Assembly: GCA_964593055.1 (NCBI GenBank)
Contig: CAZQIG010000006.1
Span: 28,668 to 92,667 of the forward strand
DNA from: an uncultured Erysipelotrichia bacterium
GTDB taxonomy: Bacteria > Bacillota_I > Bacilli_A > JBKEDG01
DNA length: 64,000 nt
Reading direction: 5' to 3'
The position numbers were made by a program, and so were the translations under genes. The notes under the pieces are model-generated. The model made no database searches, had not been told where the DNA came from, and was given only the letters and a program-made list of their open reading frames with translations. Shown in pieces: positions 58,606 to 64,000 of this stretch (positions are counted from its first letter, which is position 1; each line of letters opens with the position of its first letter).

Positions 58606-59772
58606 ATGAAAAGAGAAATTGAATGGTATACACAAGAATATTTAAGAGTAAATAATAATTCCAAGTATGAAAGAAAAAATAAAATATCTAAAGAAAACTT
58701 TGTCAGAATGATAGAGGATAATACTTGTATAAATGGAAGTCAAGCCTTAAATACACCTGTAAAAATTGAATGGCACATCACAAAAAAATGCAATTTAAAA
58801 TGCAAGTTTTGTTATTCTTCTGCTATTGAAAAAAAAGTTGATGAATTAAGTAGAAATGAAATTGATAAAGTTATCAATGATATTCATAAAAATAATGTAT
58901 TAGAAGTTCAAATTGAAGGAGGTGAGCCTTTTTTACATTCGGAACTTACATACATATTGAAAAGATTGAAGGAAAATCATATTAGGGTTAGGTTATTAAC
59001 AAATGGAACTGTGGTAAATGAAAGCGTCTTAAAAACTGTAAAGGAATTGTTTGATGAAAATGATGTATTACAAGTCAGTCTTCATGGTCACGATAGTGAA
59101 ACTCATGATAATATTGTTGGACTAAAAGGTTCATTTCAAAACGTTATCAGATTCTTTGAAAAAACAGAAGAACTTAATATAGCAACTAGAGTGAGTTGTG
59201 TTGTATCAACTAAAAATATTCAGTATTTGAGAGAAATGATAGAATTACTTTTAAACTATAAAAATATTGTAACATTTGTTACACAACCTATAATACCTAT
59301 TGGAAGAGCTGAGAAGAAAGAAACTGTTCCCAAACATGATTTACTGAAAGCTTATTATGATTTGAGAGATCTATCTAATTCTATCCATCTAGCATTGTTG
59401 TTAGGTCATGCTTATGAAATAGAGTTATTAGCAGAGTACATGCTAAAATTTGGTAAAAAACAAGACCGCACTTATTGTGCTGCAGGAAGAGCAAGGCTAC
59501 ATATTGATGAGTCAGGAAATATATATCCATGTCATTTTTTGGTCGATGAGGAATTTCATTTAGGAAATATAAGAAAAGATAGTTTTGCTAAAGTTTGGCA
59601 TGGCGAAAAAATCCAGATTATTAGAAATGGAAGAAGTGAAGATAATTATTGTTCAAAGTGTAAATTGAAGAAAAATTGTACAAGAAAAGGGTTATGTACC
59701 TCATATGTAAACGGTGGAATAAACAATAAGCCGATAAACTGTAATATTAATGAAAATATGATTATTAAATAG
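58606..59772 (+). CDS. Radical SAM / SPASM-domain enzyme, the first RiPP maturase
   Basis: The CxxxCxxC motif (CNLKCKFC) is at residues 62-69, after a 55-aa N-terminal extension. A Cys-rich SPASM-type C-terminus follows (CAAGRARLHIDESGNIYPCHF...CSKCKLKKNCTRKGLC). Confidence 0.8.
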   Translation: MKREIEWYTQEYLRVNNNSKYERKNKISKENFVRMIEDNTCINGSQALNTPVKIEWHITKKCNLKCKFCYSSAIEKKVDELSRNEIDKVINDIHKNNVLEVQIEGGEPFLHSELTYILKRLKENHIRVRLLTNGTVVNESVLKTVKELFDENDVLQVSLHGHDSETHDNIVGLKGSFQNVIRFFEKTEELNIATRVSCVVSTKNIQYLREMIELLLNYKNIVTFVTQPIIPIGRAEKKETVPKHDLLKAYYDLRDLSNSIHLALLLGHAYEIELLAEYMLKFGKKQDRTYCAAGRARLHIDESGNIYPCHFLVDEEFHLGNIRKDSFAKVWHGEKIQIIRNGRSEDNYCSKCKLKKNCTRKGLCTSYVNGGINNKPINCNINENMIIK

Positions 59773-59781
59773 GGAGGAAAT

Positions 59782-60843
59782 ATGCAAAATATATTAGCTG
59801 ATTGGTTAGATAATCATAATAAAACTAGAATTTTAACATCATCTGAAACTACATATGATAAAATGGTGCATGATAAAAAATGGAACAAAATGTATTTAGA
59901 TAATTCGAAAGGAATTTTTAGACCACTAACTCCACAAGAACCGATAAATTGGCAAAAAAAAGTATTCATCGAACTATATAAAGATAAAATATCAAAGTGT
60001 GGGATAAATCCAGTAGTACTTGATATAGGATCAGGTTCAGGATATCCTTCAATCAGTGTTTGTGATATTGCCAAAAAGGTTTATTCAGTAGATTTTTCAA
60101 AAGAGTTACAAAAAATTGCTAAAAAAAATATTTTGGAATTTGAAAAAAAGAATATTGAAGTCGTGCATGCGAGGGGTGAGAATCTACCTTTTGAAGATAA
60201 TGTATTTGATTGTGTAATTGCTTCACATTTTATTGAATTTTCAAAAGATGCGAACAAGTGCATGCAAGAAATTTCTAGAGTTTTAAAAAAAGGAGGATCT
60301 TTTGTATCGCTTACTAGTAATTGGGATATGGCTTTGAATTCTAGTTTTGGATATTTAGATGGTGAAAGAATTTTATATCCTGCATTAAGAGCAGAAAAAG
60401 TTTCGATTAAAGGTGTAGAATATTTAAAGTATAGAGTGTGTAGTAAGGAACCGATGCTTGAAAATACATACTATGTACTTCTAGGTGATAATGAATATAT
60501 TGATGTGTTAGTAAAAATCATAAATAATGGTTATTTGAATCTTGCAATCGAAACGTTAAACAAAATTGAGATCAAACAGATTGATAATGCAAGGTGTCAT
60601 CAATATAATGAGAAAAGCATTGTAAATTTATTTAATGATAATAATTTTGCGATTGAATCAATGCATGGGGTTAGAATTCCTATATATGAGTTTATAAAAA
60701 AATTGATGGATAATAAAGACTTTGATTTTAGTTTTTTTGAAAAAAACTATGAATTATTATCAAAAGAAATGATAAACATCGTGAGAACAACTTCACCAAT
60801 ACTTGGATTTGATATGTTCATAAGTTCAATAAATAATAAATAA
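59782..60843 (+). CDS. Class I SAM-dependent methyltransferase
   Basis: Motif I is VLDIGSGSGYPS and the post-I motifs are VYSVDFS and FDCVIAS. It sits between two rSAM genes. Confidence 0.7.
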   Translation: MQNILADWLDNHNKTRILTSSETTYDKMVHDKKWNKMYLDNSKGIFRPLTPQEPINWQKKVFIELYKDKISKCGINPVVLDIGSGSGYPSISVCDIAKKVYSVDFSKELQKIAKKNILEFEKKNIEVVHARGENLPFEDNVFDCVIASHFIEFSKDANKCMQEISRVLKKGGSFVSLTSNWDMALNSSFGYLDGERILYPALRAEKVSIKGVEYLKYRVCSKEPMLENTYYVLLGDNEYIDVLVKIINNGYLNLAIETLNKIEIKQIDNARCHQYNEKSIVNLFNDNNFAIESMHGVRIPIYEFIKKLMDNKDFDFSFFEKNYELLSKEMINIVRTTSPILGFDMFISSINNK

Positions 60844-60846
60844 CTG

Positions 60847-62151
60847 ATGGATGGTGAGAAAATGAACTTAAGATTAAACAAGAGGGCACAGCTAATTGAA
60901 GGAGAAGATAGTGCTGTTTTAAACATTATCAAAAAAAATTACAATTATACTTATAAAATAAATAAATCTTTTTATAAAATTTTAATTTTTTTACTGACAA
61001 ATAATGATTATAAAAAAATTATTAATGAATTAGTACAAAGAAGCGATATGGTGAGTGCTAAATTTCTTGAAGAGATTAATGAAATGATTGATAAAGAAAT
61101 TTTAATTGAAACTGAGGAATTAGTTTATGATCAATATCAAATCAAAAAATATGATAGCCATGTGGGTATTTCAAGAATATTTTTTGAAGTCACAAATGAT
61201 TGTAATATGAAGTGTATCCATTGCTATAATGAACGCAATCAAGATAATAAGTATCTGGATTTAAATATTTTAGAAAAATTATTAATGGAAGCACATGAAT
61301 TAGGAGTTTGTTTTGTAGATGTTACTGGAGGAGAAGCAACTCTACATCCACAAATTAGAGATATTTTACTTCTTTTTACGAAGTATGGTATGTTTATAAA
61401 TCTTTATACAAATGGATTATTATTAGATGAAAAATTTTTACTTTTTTTAGAAAAAGAATGTAGACTATCAAGCATAATTTCAAGTATAGATAGTATAAAT
61501 CCTGAGGTTTACAATAACTTTAGAAAAACAGAAAAAGCTTATGAAGTAGTAGTTGATAATTTAAAAGTAATCAAAGATATAGATATTGATTTACGTATTA
61601 ATGTTACTATACATGAAGAAAATATAGGTGAAATTGTAGAAATTGCGAAATATGCAAATGATATATTGGGGGCTGAGTCAGTAGTAATTGCTCCAATAGT
61701 ACAGGCTGGCAATGGTAAGTTAACATCTACTGCAGAAATTGATAAAAATGAAATCTTAGATGCACAATTTGAAGCATATAAGAAGCTTGATTTTGAGACA
61801 ATTAATAATATAAACCTTGGAACAAATACAAGGTGTGGAGTATTTGAAAGCATGATTTATTTCTCACCTGAATTCGAAGCTTATGTTTGTCCGACACTTA
61901 CGAAATACGAGAGTGATGAATTTATTTTAGGAAAATACCCTAAAGACAATCTCTTAAAAATTTTTAGAAGTCTTTTGGATAGAGAACATAATTATGTTTG
62001 TGAAGAATATGATAATTGTAAATATTCAAAACTTTGTATGAGTGGTTGTAGAAGTAGAGCATTCTTAGAAACGAGTAAAATTAATGGTATTGACAAATAT
62101 ATGTGCGAATTTTACGAGCATTTATCAAAAAAATATCCGAACCTTTTCTAA
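60847..62151 (+). CDS. Radical SAM / SPASM enzyme with an N-terminal RRE-like (PqqD-like) domain
   Basis: The N-terminal 110 aa have a winged-helix-like pattern (KSFYKILIFLLTNNDYKKIINELVQRSDMVSAKFLEEINEMIDKEILIE). CNMKCIHC follows, then the SPASM Cys cluster (C...CPT...CKYSKLCMSGCRSRA). Only 60 nt separate it from the precursor gene. Confidence 0.8.
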   Translation: MDGEKMNLRLNKRAQLIEGEDSAVLNIIKKNYNYTYKINKSFYKILIFLLTNNDYKKIINELVQRSDMVSAKFLEEINEMIDKEILIETEELVYDQYQIKKYDSHVGISRIFFEVTNDCNMKCIHCYNERNQDNKYLDLNILEKLLMEAHELGVCFVDVTGGEATLHPQIRDILLLFTKYGMFINLYTNGLLLDEKFLLFLEKECRLSSIISSIDSINPEVYNNFRKTEKAYEVVVDNLKVIKDIDIDLRINVTIHEENIGEIVEIAKYANDILGAESVVIAPIVQAGNGKLTSTAEIDKNEILDAQFEAYKKLDFETINNINLGTNTRCGVFESMIYFSPEFEAYVCPTLTKYESDEFILGKYPKDNLLKIFRSLLDREHNYVCEEYDNCKYSKLCMSGCRSRAFLETSKINGIDKYMCEFYEHLSKKYPNLF

Positions 62152-62212
62152 TTTTGTCACATGCTTTTCCTTGTTATGTCAATTAAGAAGAATGTTGAAG
62201 GGATGATTAATT

Positions 62213-62368
62213 ATGAATAATAAAAAAATTGATAAAGAAATAGAAAAATTAATATCTGATTTAAAGATTGAAATTACTCCTGAAGTTTTAGAAGTAGTAG
62301 AAATAAGTCCTGATATTCCATCTGGTGGAACTAGTCATTGTTCAGGAACAAGTACAAGTGTTTATTAA
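62213..62368 (+). CDS. 51-aa RiPP precursor peptide candidate, not in the supplied ORF track
   Basis: Translated by hand: MNNKKIDKEIEKLISDLKIEITPEVLEVVEISPDIPSGGTSHCSGTSTSVY, then stop. The RBS is GAAGGGA. The leader-like part is acidic and helical and ends in GG. The core is Ser/Thr/Gly-rich with one Cys. Confidence 0.55.
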   Translation: MNNKKIDKEIEKLISDLKIEITPEVLEVVEISPDIPSGGTSHCSGTSTSVY

Positions 62369-62447
62369 ACAGTTTAAGTAATATAGATTAAGCACTTAGA
62401 TATAATGTGTGAAAAGCATGTGCTAAAGTTAAAGAAAAGGGGATTAT

Positions 62448-63596
62448 ATGGTTTTTTGTGAAATAACATTATTGTGTAATTTGAATTGTGACTTTTGCTA
62501 TAATATAAAGTCAGAAAGTTATTTAATGAATAACAAGATATTTGAAAGAATACTTGATATATTGAAAGAAACAGATTTACTACTCCATATTACAGGTGGA
62601 GAGCCAACGATACATCCTAAATTAAAGGAATATATTTCTTTGTGTAAGAAAAACAGTTTAAAATATAGTATTAGTAGTAATGGTACTAGTGTTTCAAAAA
62701 TTATTAATGTTTTAGAAAAATATAAGCCAATTTCAATACATTTAAGTCTTGATGGTAATGAACAATATCATGATAATATAAGAAGTTCAACTGGACTATA
62801 TAAAAATAATATGCAAATTATTAATTGTGCTAATATCAATGGTATAGAAGTTGGGGTTCAATTTACTGTAACGAGTAAAAATGTTTCTATGCTTGAATCT
62901 GAAGTATTAAACATGTGCAATAATTTGAATGTAAATACAATTAAAATTACCAAGAACTGTTATATAGGAAATGAAATATTTGATAATGATATTATTAATG
63001 CTGTTAAATCGACTCACGGTAATAATAAATATAATATTAATGTATGTACTGAAGTAATGAATAATCAGCAACTTAAATATCATGTAAATAAATTAATTAA
63101 TAGTCAATCAATGATTGTGTTTAAGCCTAATGGATACATTCATCCGTATTTTGGTTTATCCTCTGACTGGGATTATATTCATGTAGATGATATTAACGAT
63201 ATCTCTTTGATTGATAAGTATTTTAAATATATTTTTTTGATAATTTTGTCTAAAAATAATGAAGTTTTTAATTTTGAAACAGTTGATTTTAATAAAGTTC
63301 TTTATGATGGATATATTGATTTAAAAAATAAAAAAGCAAAATACAAACTCAATTCAAGATACATAATTAGATATGATTTTGTTTCGTATCTATATGACTG
63401 CGAAATGAAAAGTGTTTTAAAAATAAGTAATGTATTAGGAGCAGTTCTAGATTATTGCAGAGAGGGATGGAGAGATGATTTAGAAATACTTTATTATTTA
63501 ATGCAAAAATGTTATGATGTAGACTATGAAGATGTACAAAAAATATTAAAAATTTTGCGATATAAAAACTTTATTACAACGAATTTAATTGATTAG
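62448..63596 (+). CDS. Radical SAM enzyme (third) with no clear SPASM cluster
   Basis: CNLNCDFC is at residues 10-17. HITGGEPT is the SAM-binding GGE motif. Confidence 0.7.
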   Translation: MVFCEITLLCNLNCDFCYNIKSESYLMNNKIFERILDILKETDLLLHITGGEPTIHPKLKEYISLCKKNSLKYSISSNGTSVSKIINVLEKYKPISIHLSLDGNEQYHDNIRSSTGLYKNNMQIINCANINGIEVGVQFTVTSKNVSMLESEVLNMCNNLNVNTIKITKNCYIGNEIFDNDIINAVKSTHGNNKYNINVCTEVMNNQQLKYHVNKLINSQSMIVFKPNGYIHPYFGLSSDWDYIHVDDINDISLIDKYFKYIFLIILSKNNEVFNFETVDFNKVLYDGYIDLKNKKAKYKLNSRYIIRYDFVSYLYDCEMKSVLKISNVLGAVLDYCREGWRDDLEILYYLMQKCYDVDYEDVQKILKILRYKNFITTNLID

Positions 63597-63606
63597 GGGT
63601 TGTGAA

Positions 63607-64000
63607 ATGATAAAAATTAAGAATATGACATTTGCTTACGAAGAAAAAAATATTTTTGAAAATTTGGATTTAGATATCAAAAATGGTGAAAAGGTTGCAC
63701 TTTTAGGTCATAATGGTGCAGGGAAAACAACTTTAGTTAAGTTAATTGCTAAGTTATTAAAACCACAATATACTGATAAATTTAATACTTACGATAGTAT
63801 TTCTGTAGTTTTTAATAGTAATCAATTATATGATGATTTAACTGTGTTAGATAATTTGAAATTGTTTGCTCACTTGTATAAAAAGAATGTTAGCGATGAT
63901 TTTATTCAAAAATATTTAATACAAGTTGGAATACAAAAATATATTGATGCAACTGTTGGTTCACTGTCTACTGGATATAAACAGAGAGTTAATATTGCTA
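63607..64000 (+). CDS. ABC transporter ATP-binding protein, 3'-partial, probable exporter or immunity component of the cluster
   Basis: Walker A GHNGAGKTT. No N-terminal C39 peptidase domain is present. Confidence 0.75.
   Translation, partial: MIKIKNMTFAYEEKNIFENLDLDIKNGEKVALLGHNGAGKTTLVKLIAKLLKPQYTDKFNTYDSISVVFNSNQLYDDLTVLDNLKLFAHLYKKNVSDDFIQKYLIQVGIQKYIDATVGSLSTGYKQRVNIA

Noticed and set aside
59814-61853. Three - strand ORFs of 60-104 aa inside the methyltransferase and rSAM genes
   Set aside because: They are antisense shadows within genes that carry strong catalytic motifs on the + strand.

Overview
This is an AT-rich window (about 28-30% GC) from a low-GC Firmicutes-type genome that uses the standard genetic code. 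TGA acts as a stop codon throughout. Almost every gene is on the + strand.

The window runs through these parts in order.

- Positions 1-9757 look like ordinary chromosome: the 3' end of an alkyltransferase-like (MGMT-fold) gene, an LtaS-family sulfatase, an ABC transporter, M17 leucyl aminopeptidase (pepA), a DUF1294 protein, an SOS-box-controlled Y-family DNA polymerase with its YolD-like partner, and tRNA-Leu(UAG).
- Positions 9758 to about 38665 look like an integrated conjugative element. Its left end abuts the tRNA 3'-CCA exactly. It carries an attenuator-like leader followed by a possible replication-initiator gene and ParA/ParB. It also carries a Gram-positive type IV secretion system (T4SS) set: VirB4-like and VirB6-like proteins, an M23 cell-wall hydrolase, a coupling ATPase and a Replic_Relax-type putative relaxase. 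Other genes include a CnaB-type surface adhesin, G5-domain proteins, defence-like cargo (AbiH-like, PIN-like, a 1029-aa KAP P-loop NTPase) and a large serine recombinase.
- Positions 38666 to about 40600 hold a second, decayed copy of the leader/initiator module. It is inserted at the GGTACCA 3' end of a small structured RNA.
- Positions 41-56.5 kb hold repeated cassettes. Each is a secreted small protein (bacteriocin-like) followed by an ABC transporter, and several are preceded by a conserved sigma-A-type promoter driving a roughly 100-nt structured RNA. That RNA occurs in four copies and begins with a leaderless 10-codon micro-ORF.
- Positions 57-58.4 kb hold a frameshifted serine-recombinase pseudogene and an IS3-type transposase remnant.
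- Positions 58.6-64 kb hold a candidate RiPP biosynthetic cluster (RiPP = ribosomally synthesized and post-translationally modified peptide). It has three radical SAM (rSAM) enzymes, two of them with SPASM domains and one with an N-terminal RRE-like (RiPP recognition element) domain. It also has a class I methyltransferase, a 51-aa precursor peptide missed by the ORF track (62213..62368) and an ABC exporter.

Every functional call comes from motif recognition by eye. No database search was run.
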